From assembly GCA_003222195.1 (NCBI GenBank), contig QHVB01000033.1:2808-66807 (forward strand): DNA of 64,000 nt, read 5' to 3'. The notes beneath the pieces are model-generated. The model was not told the DNA's origin. It searched no databases and worked only from the letters and a program-made list of their open reading frames with translations. Every line of letters begins with the position of its first letter. Positions within the stretch are counted from its first letter, which is position 1. The translations under genes were made by a program, and so were the position numbers. The stretch is from Gemmatimonadota bacterium (GTDB lineage Bacteria; Gemmatimonadota; Gemmatimonadetes; Gemmatimonadales; GWC2-71-9). Below, piece after piece: positions 19,886-28,510 of the stretch.

Positions 19886-20905
19886 ATAGAGCGCCAGCTC
19901 TTCGGTGAGCGGCGAGCCGTCGCGGCTGCGAGACTTCCCGCCCAGATCGAGCCAATCCACGCCGCGGGCGCGGAGCTTTTCACACACCGTCTCCGGCAGC
20001 GCCGACTCGGCAAGCACGCAGTCGCCCCGACGCAGCGCGGGCTCCGGCAACGGCGTCGCTCCGCGGAGCCAGAGCAACCGGCCGCTTTTGCCCGCTACCC
20101 GATAGCGCCGGAATGGCGGCTCCTCCGTAATCGCGCCGCCATGATACCGTACGAACTCGTCGAACTCCTTCATGAGCTGGGAGACGAGCGCCGCGCGCTG
20201 CTCGCCGTTCAATTGCTTGGGAAAATCGGGCGCCGAGCGAATGACCTTGGCGGGGGAGCCAACCGCGAGGCTGGACGGCGGGATGTTTCCGGAGACGAGG
20301 GAGTTGGCGCCGATCACCGTGCCGTCGCCGATCGTCGTCCCGGGCATGACAAACACGCGCCACGGCAGCCACACACTCTTGCCGAGCGTGACCGGCTCAT
20401 AATTCACCGGATAGCCATCCAGGGCGTTGAGCCACACGCCATGCGTGAAGATCAAGCAGTGGCCGCCAATCCCCGTGTCATCGCCGATCACCACCGGCTT
20501 GGTCGGATTGATGAACGCGAGCTGCAGAATGATGGTGCGGCTGCCAAGCTCAAAGCGCGACTCGGGAAGCTGCGGGCCGCCGACGTACACCTGCTCGCGA
20601 ATCTTCGCGTCCTCGCCGATCCGGATCGTCTCGCAGGAGACGTAGCTCATCGTCCCGACGCTGGAGTGGCGTCCGATCGAGATGTTGCGGCCCTGCACGA
20701 TGGCGAGCAGACCGATCTCGACATGATCGCCGAGGTCCACCGATTTCCCCACGACGATGCCGCCGAAACCGAAACGCACGCCTTTGCCGATGCGATAGCC
20801 GAGCAGCCAGCGGTAGGCGAGACGCTTGAGCGGACTGGGTAACCAGCCGAACACCAGCAGATGTCGCAACGGGATTCGATCTTTGGGGATCAGTGACGCG
20901 CTCAT
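19847..20905 (-). CDS. Left-handed beta-helix (hexapeptide repeat) acyltransferase with a ~130-aa C-terminal domain of unknown function
   Basis: Hexapeptide repeats run through residues ~40-215 (IGDDTGIGGHCLI, IGDGTVIGANSLV). The 3' end overlaps the convergent methyltransferase by 39 bp. Confidence 0.75.
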   Translation of the reverse strand: MSASLIPKDRIPLRHLLVFGWLPSPLKRLAYRWLLGYRIGKGVRFGFGGIVVGKSVDLGDHVEIGLLAIVQGRNISIGRHSSVGTMSYVSCETIRIGEDAKIREQVYVGGPQLPESRFELGSRTIILQLAFINPTKPVVIGDDTGIGGHCLIFTHGVWLNALDGYPVNYEPVTLGKSVWLPWRVFVMPGTTIGDGTVIGANSLVSGNIPPSSLAVGSPAKVIRSAPDFPKQLNGEQRAALVSQLMKEFDEFVRYHGGAITEEPPFRRYRVAGKSGRLLWLRGATPLPEPALRRGDCVLAESALPETVCEKLRARGVDWLDLGGKSRSRDGSPLTEELALYLGRYGVRLAREA

Positions 20906-20932
20906 GGCTCGGTAAGATATATTCGAACCCGC

Positions 20933-22390
20933 GTGATCACACTCCCGACTCGAAGCAAACTCGATCCACTAGAGCGCTACGGTCTCGATGTCTTGCTCGA
21001 CCTCTCGCGCTGCCCGGAGGTCGACGACGCGGGCACTGGTGTCGTCCGGTTCGAGATTACCGAAGCCGACCCCGGCGTCGCCGACGTGGGCAAATGCGCC
21101 GCGCGTCGCTGGCACATCGAGCGGGGGGATGGCGTCGTGCGCGTCCCGCGCCCGGTCCTGCGCCGCCTCGGCGAGATCGCGACCGGCGCGGCCGAACAGC
21201 GTTCCACGGCCCGCGACCGTCATGGACGCGTTCCTTCCACCGAAAACGTGCTGGTGCAGCAGAACCTCGTCGCGGAGCCGGTTGTTGCGCGCGCGGCTGC
21301 TGAGTTGCGAGACGCGGTCATCGCCAGCGCCGGCCGGCGGGCCGTGACACTGGTTGCTCCCTGGCCCGACGGCCGGCGTTGGGCGGCGGCGATCACGCAT
21401 GATCTCGATGTCATCGATCGCTGGCCCGTGTTCACGGCGCTCCGGATCGCCGAGCTGGCAGGTAAAGGCGAGGTTCGCCGCGTGGCACGCACGCTCGGGT
21501 CCGCGTTTGCGGCGGTGAGCAGAAACCCTGTCCAACGAGCTCTGCACGCGCTGCTGGAAGACGAGCGGGCGCGCGGCATCGTCTCCAGCTGGTTCGTTCT
21601 GTGCGGCACCCCCACGCTGCAAACCATGCGCGCCGGCGATCTCACCTATCTGCCTGAGGGACGCGGCGCGGCCGCGGCACTGCGCGCGCTGCGCGAGCGC
21701 GGCTGTGAGATCAACCTCCACGGCAGCTTCGTCACCAGCGAACATCACGAGGTGTTCGCCGAACAGCGGCGCCGCCTGGCGGGACTCGTCCAGCAACCCG
21801 TGCTCGGCGTGCGACAACATTTCCTGCGCCTGCGGCCGGGCATCACGTCGCTCGGTATGGCTGGCGCCGGCTTCCGCTATGACACCAGCTGGGGCTTTCC
21901 CGACCGCAACGGTTTTCGCCTCGGCGTCGGGGACGTGATCCCGGCCTGGGACGGGGCAGGGGAGCGTGCGCTCGAGCTGCAGGAGGCGCCGGTGATCTGG
22001 ATGGATCGCGCGTTGAGCAAGTACGCGCGGGTCGAGGATCCGAATGCCTGGATCGCCGAAGGGCTATCGCTGGCGCGGACCTGCCGTGACGTCGCAGGCC
22101 TCTGGGTCGGCGTCTGGCACCCCAACCTCACCGCAGCGCTCGGATTCCCCGATGCTCCAGCTGCGTTCGCGAAGCTGTTGGATGGCTTAGTCGCCGAGGA
22201 GCCATTCATGGCGCCGCTCGGCAGGCTGGTCGAGTGGCGCGTCGCGCGGCGGGGCGTGCGCGTACGCGGGATCCTGCCCGATGGACGGCCGGACGCGTAT
22301 ACCACCGCGCCGACGGCAACCCACGATACGCTTACGCTCGAAGAGCCTTCCGGAGCGCGGCGTTATAGCATTCAAGCCACGCCGCGGTAA
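20933..22390 (+). CDS. Polysaccharide deacetylase-like (CE4-superfamily-like) protein, tentative
   Basis: The THDLD, NLHGS, RQHFLR and YDTSWGF segments resemble divergent deacetylase families. This is motif-level only and there is no strong family call. Confidence 0.45.
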   Translation: MITLPTRSKLDPLERYGLDVLLDLSRCPEVDDAGTGVVRFEITEADPGVADVGKCAARRWHIERGDGVVRVPRPVLRRLGEIATGAAEQRSTARDRHGRVPSTENVLVQQNLVAEPVVARAAAELRDAVIASAGRRAVTLVAPWPDGRRWAAAITHDLDVIDRWPVFTALRIAELAGKGEVRRVARTLGSAFAAVSRNPVQRALHALLEDERARGIVSSWFVLCGTPTLQTMRAGDLTYLPEGRGAAAALRALRERGCEINLHGSFVTSEHHEVFAEQRRRLAGLVQQPVLGVRQHFLRLRPGITSLGMAGAGFRYDTSWGFPDRNGFRLGVGDVIPAWDGAGERALELQEAPVIWMDRALSKYARVEDPNAWIAEGLSLARTCRDVAGLWVGVWHPNLTAALGFPDAPAAFAKLLDGLVAEEPFMAPLGRLVEWRVARRGVRVRGILPDGRPDAYTTAPTATHDTLTLEEPSGARRYSIQATPR

Positions 22391-23546
22391 TCGCGTCCCA
22401 CCCAAACCGCTCGCGTACGCGACGACTTCCCGCGTCGGCAAGCCGCTCGGCGAGCGCGGGATCACCCGCGATCCGTTGGACCGCCGCGGCGATCGCGGCC
22501 GAGTCCTCGTGTGGGACCAGCAGCCCCGTTTCGCCGTCAGAGATGATATCGGTAATGCCCCCAATCGCGCTGCCGATCACCGGGACGCGATAGCTCATGG
22601 CCTCGAGCAGCACGACGCCGAGCCCTTCGGTGTCGCCGCGCTTGTCGACGATCGAGGGGAGTACGAACACGTTCGCCTCGCGAAGGGCGCGATGCAGATC
22701 GGGATCGGGCACGCGGCCGGGCATGCTGACACGCCCGTTCAAACCGAGGTCACGCACCTGCGCCTCGAGCTTCGGCCGGTCGGTCCCCTCCCCGAGAATT
22801 AGCAGCTTCGCTGGGATCGTCGGAGGCAGCCGTTTCAACGCATCGATGAGGTACCGCACACCTTTGCGAGGAATCAGGTTGCCGACGTAAAGAATCTGGA
22901 AGGAGTCCCGATTCCCAAGCCCCTTGTCCCGAGTCCCGGGCAGCGACTCAGTGAACCCCAAGCCATACGGAATCACGCGCACGGGAACGTGCACCAGCTC
23001 GGCAATTTCGCGCGCCGTGTACGATGAGATCGCGGCCACCTGGTCCGACGTGCGCAACGCCCACTTGAGGAACTGCTTCAACCATGGCAGCCGGCTTTTG
23101 ACCCAACGCAGCTCGATGCCGTACCACAGTGTGACGAGTCGAGTCCCGCCCCCCGCCCCCCGGCGCGCGGACCAGCCGAACAGGGCGTGCGGCACCGGCC
23201 AATGCACGTGCACGATGTCGAAGTGCCGGCGGCGCGCGAGACGCCAGGCCGCGCGCATCCCGGCCAGCACGTAGAACGGCGCCATCAGTTTGTAGCGGAT
23301 GGAGTGACCGACGCGGTCCACGGTTCCCTGGTCGTGGGTCAGATCTTCCCAGCGGGCGGGGAAGTAACGGAAGCGGTGTACCGGAATGCCTTCGAACTCT
23401 TGATTGCCGCCGCCGCGGTAGGCGGGAGCGAAGACTTCCACCTCCAATCCCGCGGCCCGTTGCCGCCTGAGCAGCTCGATGAGCCAGGGCGCGATGATGT
23501 CCCCGGGGCCGCGCGGAAATGCCGTAACCACATGGAGAACACGCAT
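22332..23546 (-). CDS. GT4 (GT-B fold) glycosyltransferase
   Basis: MRVLHVVTAFP N-terminus and the C-terminal E(x7)E region (GLGVVLLEAMSYRVPVIGSAIGGITDII..GETGLLV). The 3' end overlaps the convergent gene by 59 bp. Confidence 0.85.
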   Translation of the reverse strand: MRVLHVVTAFPRGPGDIIAPWLIELLRRQRAAGLEVEVFAPAYRGGGNQEFEGIPVHRFRYFPARWEDLTHDQGTVDRVGHSIRYKLMAPFYVLAGMRAAWRLARRRHFDIVHVHWPVPHALFGWSARRGAGGGTRLVTLWYGIELRWVKSRLPWLKQFLKWALRTSDQVAAISSYTAREIAELVHVPVRVIPYGLGFTESLPGTRDKGLGNRDSFQILYVGNLIPRKGVRYLIDALKRLPPTIPAKLLILGEGTDRPKLEAQVRDLGLNGRVSMPGRVPDPDLHRALREANVFVLPSIVDKRGDTEGLGVVLLEAMSYRVPVIGSAIGGITDIISDGETGLLVPHEDSAAIAAAVQRIAGDPALAERLADAGSRRVRERFGWDAITAAWLECYNAALRKALRA

Positions 23547-23592
23547 TAAGAGTGCTGTACTATAGCCGACGCTTGGGTATTTTGGAGGCTCA

Positions 23593-24525
23593 TTGGGTAG
23601 AGCATGGTGGTTTCGGGTGCTGCAGGCGGTCGTGCTCGCCGGTGCGGCCGTCTATCTGGTTCGCGTGGCAGCGCCTCAATGGCCCGCCATCCGCGCGCGC
23701 AGCCTGGCCTGGCATGGCCTTCCCCTGGCGCTCAGCGCGTTGCTCATCGTCGCGAATCTCGCATGGATGATCGCCCTCTGGAACATGACGCTGCGCTGGT
23801 GCGCGGCGCGGCTGCGCTACTGGGACGCCGCCCGGATCTGGTTCACCGCCAACCTCGCGCGCTTTCTCCCGGGAGCGGTCCTGCAGTTCGCGAGCCTGGC
23901 ATTGATGGCGACGCGCTACGGGGTGTCACCGACCGCGGCAACCGCGACCGTCCTGCTCCAGCAAATCGTGTTGCTCTTGACCGGACTAATCATCGTCGCC
24001 GGTTTCACCCCCATCGTGCTGCACCAGGGATGGTGGCAGGGAGCCTTCGTGGTAGCGCTGGTGCTGGGGGCGGGCATCTTACTGCTGCTGCCGCGACTCA
24101 CACGGCGGCTGCCCAGTCTCGCCCGGCTCTGGTCGCAGGTGCGACCGGCGCAGCTGCCCGGCTTCGCCCTGCTGCTCGCCATGCAGTGGCTGGCGTATGG
24201 CGCCGCATTCCGGCTCCTCGCCATCGGCCTTTTGGGGGATGCAGGCGTAGCCCAGGGCTCCTGGGGATTCTACATCACCGCATTCACGGAGAGTTATCTG
24301 GCCGGCGTCATTGCGGTCTTTGCCCCCGCAGGTTTGCTGGTTCGCGAAGCCGCGCTCATCAGCATCCTGACGCCCGTGCTGGGCGGCGCCGATGCGGTGA
24401 TTCTCGCGGTGGGGGCGCGCATCTGGCACACCGCGCTCGAGCTGCTGTCGGGGCTGGCCGTCCTCACCATTCCCATTCCGCCGGCGCCGGCTCATCCGGG
24501 CCCCGCTGGCGCAACATCACCGTGA
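23593..24525 (+). CDS. UPF0104 / lysylphosphatidylglycerol-synthase-TM-like membrane protein (putative flippase)
   Basis: TTG start and ~8 predicted TM helices. The alternative-frame ORF 23604-24542 is an Arg/Gly-rich shadow ORF. Confidence 0.7.
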   Translation: MGRAWWFRVLQAVVLAGAAVYLVRVAAPQWPAIRARSLAWHGLPLALSALLIVANLAWMIALWNMTLRWCAARLRYWDAARIWFTANLARFLPGAVLQFASLALMATRYGVSPTAATATVLLQQIVLLLTGLIIVAGFTPIVLHQGWWQGAFVVALVLGAGILLLLPRLTRRLPSLARLWSQVRPAQLPGFALLLAMQWLAYGAAFRLLAIGLLGDAGVAQGSWGFYITAFTESYLAGVIAVFAPAGLLVREAALISILTPVLGGADAVILAVGARIWHTALELLSGLAVLTIPIPPAPAHPGPAGATSP

Positions 24526-24538
24526 CCAAAGCCCACTC

Positions 24539-26923
24539 ATGACCGCCACGGCAGCGCCCCCATCGAGTTCTTACACGCCACGTCGTCCCCATCTCGCCGC
24601 CCTTGGCGTCGTGTCGCTATTCATCGTCATCCTCGCGCTACCGATGCTCTCGGGCCGCTGGCTGGCGTCGCCTGACGGCGATCAGTATGCGAGCGGCTAC
24701 GCCGTGAAGGTTTGGGCCAAGAACACCTACCAACAAACCGGACAGTTCCCACTCTGGAATCCGATGATCATGGTCGGATTGCCGCACATCGACGTGGTGA
24801 CGCACGGCGACGTGCTCTATCCCACGTCCGCGCTGCGCCTGGTGATGCCGGTGTACCAGGCGATGAACCTCGCGTTCGTCATCCATTACATCCTCGCAGG
24901 TTTTCTGATGTACCTGTTCCTGCGGCGATTGGGAGCGGCGTGGGTCGGGGGCGTCACCGGCGCACTCGCGTATCAGTTGTCCGGAATCATGATCTCGTAC
25001 GTGCATCCAGGTCACGACGGCAAGCTCTTCGTCTCCACGATGCTCCCGCTTGCCCTCCTGGCTCTGCTCGCCGCACTGCGTGACAAACGGGCGTGGGGGT
25101 ACCCGTTGCTCGCGATCGCCGTCGCGTTGTGCTTGCTCAGCCCGCACGTGCAGACGACGTATTACTTGTTGATCGCCGCTGCGCTGTTCGCGCTCTATTT
25201 GACGTTTGGAGAGCCGAGTTCCGATCCAGTGGGGCAGCGGGTGGGAAGACTCGCCATCACAATGGCAGCGGTCATCGTGGGCTTTGGCATCGCCATGCCG
25301 CAGATCCTGCCCTTCATTCAGTACATCCCCCATTCGCCCCGGGCAGGGGGGTATTCGGTCGGCTATCAGGGATCGACGTCGTACGGCATCCCCTGGGACC
25401 ACGTCCCAGAGTTCATCATCGCCGGCTTCACCGGCACTTCCTTCGAGACGTATTGGGGCTCGAATCCGCTCAAACTGCATTCCGAGTACCTCGGGCTTCC
25501 GGTCATCGCGCTCGCGATTCTCGGAATGGGAGATCGGCGCCGCCGGCTCGTATGGTGGACCGCCGGGATCGGCGCGCTGTTTCTCCTGATCGCACTGGGG
25601 GCGTCCACGCCGTTCTACCACCTATGGTGGCTGGTGATGCCGTACGTGAAGAAGACGCGCGCGCCGGGCATGGTGTTCTTCATCGTCGCGTTCTGCACGG
25701 CGACCTTCGCCGCATTCGGCGTGGACCGTCTCGAGCGTCGCGAGGTCGTGGCCACCAAACATGCGCGTGCCTGGCTGATCGCGGCCGGTGTGATCGTGCT
25801 GCTTGGCTTGGTGGGTGTCTTCGGCCAACTCGCCCAATCGCTGGCGCCTGTCGCGATCTGGCCGCAGCGACTCGCCGTCGCCATCGCTCGGGGATCATTC
25901 ATTCGCCTCTCGACGATCGTCGGGGCGGTGCTGTTTGCGGCCGTGGGTGCGCTCGCGTGGGGATGGCTGAAGGGTCGAGTCCCGGTGATGCTGTTCGCGG
26001 TGGGTCTACCGCTCCTCGTGGGCGCGGATTTGTGGCGCAACGGCCAGCACTTCTGGACGTACTCGCCCAGCCCGAACGAGGGCCTCTATCGGACCGACGC
26101 CCTTGTCTCACGACTTCAGGCCGACACCGCGCCGCTGCGAGTCCTGAACTTCGATGTCTATCCGCACAATGTCCTGATGGCGTTTGGGATTCCCCAGGTG
26201 CTGGGATATCAGGGGAGCGAGCTCAGATACTTCGACGATCTCATCGGTGGGCGGCCGGGCACGGGGCCGGATGCCGCGCGCTATCTGCTGACATCCACCC
26301 GGCTCTGGCACCTGCTCGCCGTCCGCTATGTGATCATCCCCGACACCGCCAATCTGCCGGGCTATCATCGAGTCCTCGGCCCGGTGACAACGGGGTCGGG
26401 CGCGCGGGGATTTCTCTACGAGGCGGACACGCTCCCGCCCTACGTCCGCGTCGTTCCCGCGGCGGCCAAGATCGATGAGCAGGCAATTCCCGCCACGCTC
26501 GCGGATCCCCGCTTACCAGGGTACGACCGCGTGGTGCTGTTCCCACCAACTGCGCCGCTGAACCCGCGACCGGTGACGACGTTTCCGCCGCCCTTGGCAT
26601 CCCGCGGGCGCGTCACGTCGTGGACTGCCGGCAGAATGTCGATCACCCTCGATCCGCCTCCGACCGACTCGAGCTACGTCCTGATCGCCGAGAACTGGTA
26701 TCTCGACTGGTCGGTCGCCGTCGACGGGCGGCCGGCCCGGGTTCTACGTGGAGATAATTCGCTGTTGACGATTCCCGTAGCCGCCGGCACGCGCCGGCTC
26801 GAGCTGAGCTATCACTCGCGCGCGATCGCGCGAGGCCTGGCGATCGGGCTCGTGAGCCTGCTGATCGTGATTGCCGGCTTCCTCGTACCGCCGGCCTGGC
26901 AGCGGAGACGGCCGAGTGCCTGA
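24539..26923 (+). CDS. YfhO-like polytopic membrane protein (putative GT-C-type extracytoplasmic glycosyltransferase)
   Basis: 794 aa with many N-terminal TM helices, including HPGHDGKLFVSTMLPLALLAL. It has a large C-terminal soluble domain and a terminal TM. Confidence 0.7.
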   Translation: MTATAAPPSSSYTPRRPHLAALGVVSLFIVILALPMLSGRWLASPDGDQYASGYAVKVWAKNTYQQTGQFPLWNPMIMVGLPHIDVVTHGDVLYPTSALRLVMPVYQAMNLAFVIHYILAGFLMYLFLRRLGAAWVGGVTGALAYQLSGIMISYVHPGHDGKLFVSTMLPLALLALLAALRDKRAWGYPLLAIAVALCLLSPHVQTTYYLLIAAALFALYLTFGEPSSDPVGQRVGRLAITMAAVIVGFGIAMPQILPFIQYIPHSPRAGGYSVGYQGSTSYGIPWDHVPEFIIAGFTGTSFETYWGSNPLKLHSEYLGLPVIALAILGMGDRRRRLVWWTAGIGALFLLIALGASTPFYHLWWLVMPYVKKTRAPGMVFFIVAFCTATFAAFGVDRLERREVVATKHARAWLIAAGVIVLLGLVGVFGQLAQSLAPVAIWPQRLAVAIARGSFIRLSTIVGAVLFAAVGALAWGWLKGRVPVMLFAVGLPLLVGADLWRNGQHFWTYSPSPNEGLYRTDALVSRLQADTAPLRVLNFDVYPHNVLMAFGIPQVLGYQGSELRYFDDLIGGRPGTGPDAARYLLTSTRLWHLLAVRYVIIPDTANLPGYHRVLGPVTTGSGARGFLYEADTLPPYVRVVPAAAKIDEQAIPATLADPRLPGYDRVVLFPPTAPLNPRPVTTFPPPLASRGRVTSWTAGRMSITLDPPPTDSSYVLIAENWYLDWSVAVDGRPARVLRGDNSLLTIPVAAGTRRLELSYHSRAIARGLAIGLVSLLIVIAGFLVPPAWQRRRPSA

Positions 26924-27638
26924 GCGCGCGCTAGTCGTCATACCGACGTACAACGAAGCCGTTAACGTCCCTCAGCTCGTGCTGCAAGTGCTGGAGCAGG
27001 ATCCGCGGCTGGAAGTTCTCATCGTGGACGATGGATCACCGGACGGCACGGGGCAGATCGCCGACGACATGGCGCGTGCCAACCCGCGCGTGCATGCGCT
27101 CCACCGCGAATCGAAACTCGGGCTGGGGACGGCGTATATCACCGGTTTCAAGTGGGCGCTCGAGCGGGGGTACGACTACGTATTCGAGATGGACGCCGAC
27201 TTCTCGCACGATCCCGCACACCTCAAGGAGTTTCTCACGGCCATTCGGGATGCGGACCTCGTTTTGGGCTCGCGCTATCTGAACGGAAAGGTCACGGTGG
27301 TAAATTGGCCGATGGGCCGGTTGATGCTATCGTATCTGGCCAACATCTACGCGCGCTGGTTCACAGGCCTCAGGATCTGGGACCTGACGGGGGGGTTCAA
27401 GTGCTTTCGCCGGCGTGTGCTCGAGGCGATTGATCTCTCGCAAGTCGTTTCCAACGGCTATGCCTTTCAAATCGAGATGAGCGTTCGCGCATGGAGAAAA
27501 GGGTTCAAGCTCCGCGAAATCCCGATCGTGTTCGTCGACCGGACCGAGGGGCAAAGCAAGATGAATCGGGCCATCGTCCGCGAGGCGGTCTGGAAGGTGC
27601 CTCGCCTCCGGCTCATGGCCTGGTTCGGCCGCATCTGA
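26916..27638 (+). CDS. Polyprenol-monophosphomannose synthase / Dpm1-like GT2
   Basis: GTG 26916 overlaps the yfhO-like stop by 8 nt. Features are VVIPTYNEAVNV, IVDDGSPDGTG and EMDADFSHDP. No TM segment. Confidence 0.85.
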   Translation: MPERALVVIPTYNEAVNVPQLVLQVLEQDPRLEVLIVDDGSPDGTGQIADDMARANPRVHALHRESKLGLGTAYITGFKWALERGYDYVFEMDADFSHDPAHLKEFLTAIRDADLVLGSRYLNGKVTVVNWPMGRLMLSYLANIYARWFTGLRIWDLTGGFKCFRRRVLEAIDLSQVVSNGYAFQIEMSVRAWRKGFKLREIPIVFVDRTEGQSKMNRAIVREAVWKVPRLRLMAWFGRI

Positions 27639-28453
27639 TCGGCCTGCCGGTCTACAAGATGACGGGATCGGGCAACGATTTCGTCATGCTCGATGCGCGT
27701 GTGTCCACGCCAGCCGACTGGACGCCCGAGGACATGCAGGCGGTATGCGCGCGGGGGACGGGCATCGGGGCGGACGGCGTCGTGTTCGTCGGACCGGGTT
27801 CGCACGCGGGTGCGGCACGCATGATCTACTACAACGCGGACGGCTCCCACGCTGCCATGTGCGGCAATGCCGCGCTCTGCAGCACCACGCTCGCGGCGCA
27901 TCTGTCCATTGGGCCCGCCGAGGGGATTGAGCTCGAGACCGATGCCGGGACCTACCGCAGCCGCAGCCTCGAGGGAGGTCGCGCCGAGCTCCATCTCGCG
28001 CCCGTCGAGGCGCCGGCCGCCGTGAGTGGTCTCGCGCTCGCCGCCGGTGAACGCCAAGCGGTGCTCAGTCGCGTCGGCGTTCCACATCTCATCGTGCTGG
28101 TCGATGATGTTGACCAGGTCGCCCTGATGGAGCGCGGCCGCGCCCTCCGCTTCGATCCAGCGCTCGCGCCCGAGGGGGCGAACGTCAACTTCATTTCGGC
28201 TGATGCGAGCGGTAGCTGGCGGATGCGGACCTATGAGCGTGGCGTGGAAGGCGAGACATTGGCGTGCGGAACCGGGGCCGTCGGCGCCGGCTGTGCGATC
28301 CAGGAATGGGGCCTGGGACAGCCGCCAATCAACATTCAGAGCCGTAGCGACCGGATCATTGGCGTACGAGCCACGAAGGCGCACAGCGGGCGCTACGAGG
28401 ACGTCTGGCTTGTTGGGGAGGGGAGAATGGTGTTTCGAGGTGTGATTACGTGA
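27635..28453 (+). CDS. dapF: Diaminopimelate epimerase
   Basis: YKMTGSGNDFVMLD and the MCGNAA and ACGTGA catalytic Cys motifs are present. The first canonical start, ATG 27659, removes the conserved first strand. CTG 27635 lies in a CTGA overlap with the upstream stop. The start is uncertain (27635 or 27659). Confidence 0.88.
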   Translation: MIGLPVYKMTGSGNDFVMLDARVSTPADWTPEDMQAVCARGTGIGADGVVFVGPGSHAGAARMIYYNADGSHAAMCGNAALCSTTLAAHLSIGPAEGIELETDAGTYRSRSLEGGRAELHLAPVEAPAAVSGLALAAGERQAVLSRVGVPHLIVLVDDVDQVALMERGRALRFDPALAPEGANVNFISADASGSWRMRTYERGVEGETLACGTGAVGAGCAIQEWGLGQPPINIQSRSDRIIGVRATKAHSGRYEDVWLVGEGRMVFRGVIT

Positions 28454-28481
28454 GCCGCTTGTCCACATTCACACACATGTC

Positions 28482-28510
28482 AACTTAACATAACATCTAT
28501 TATACGAAGT
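28482..28510. other. Candidate dif site (XerC/XerD chromosome dimer resolution site)
   Basis: Read on the minus strand it is ACTTCGTATAA-ATAGATG-TTATGTTAAGT. The right arm matches the E. coli dif XerD arm TTATGTTAAAT at 10/11. It lies in an AT-rich convergent intergenic gap at the point where gene orientation switches. Confidence 0.6.

Noticed and set aside
23604-24542. An alternative ATG-initiated 312-aa ORF overlaps the UPF0104 gene in another frame.
   Set aside because: Its translation is Arg/Gly/Ala-rich and non-hydrophobic. The 23593 frame gives a coherent polytopic membrane protein.
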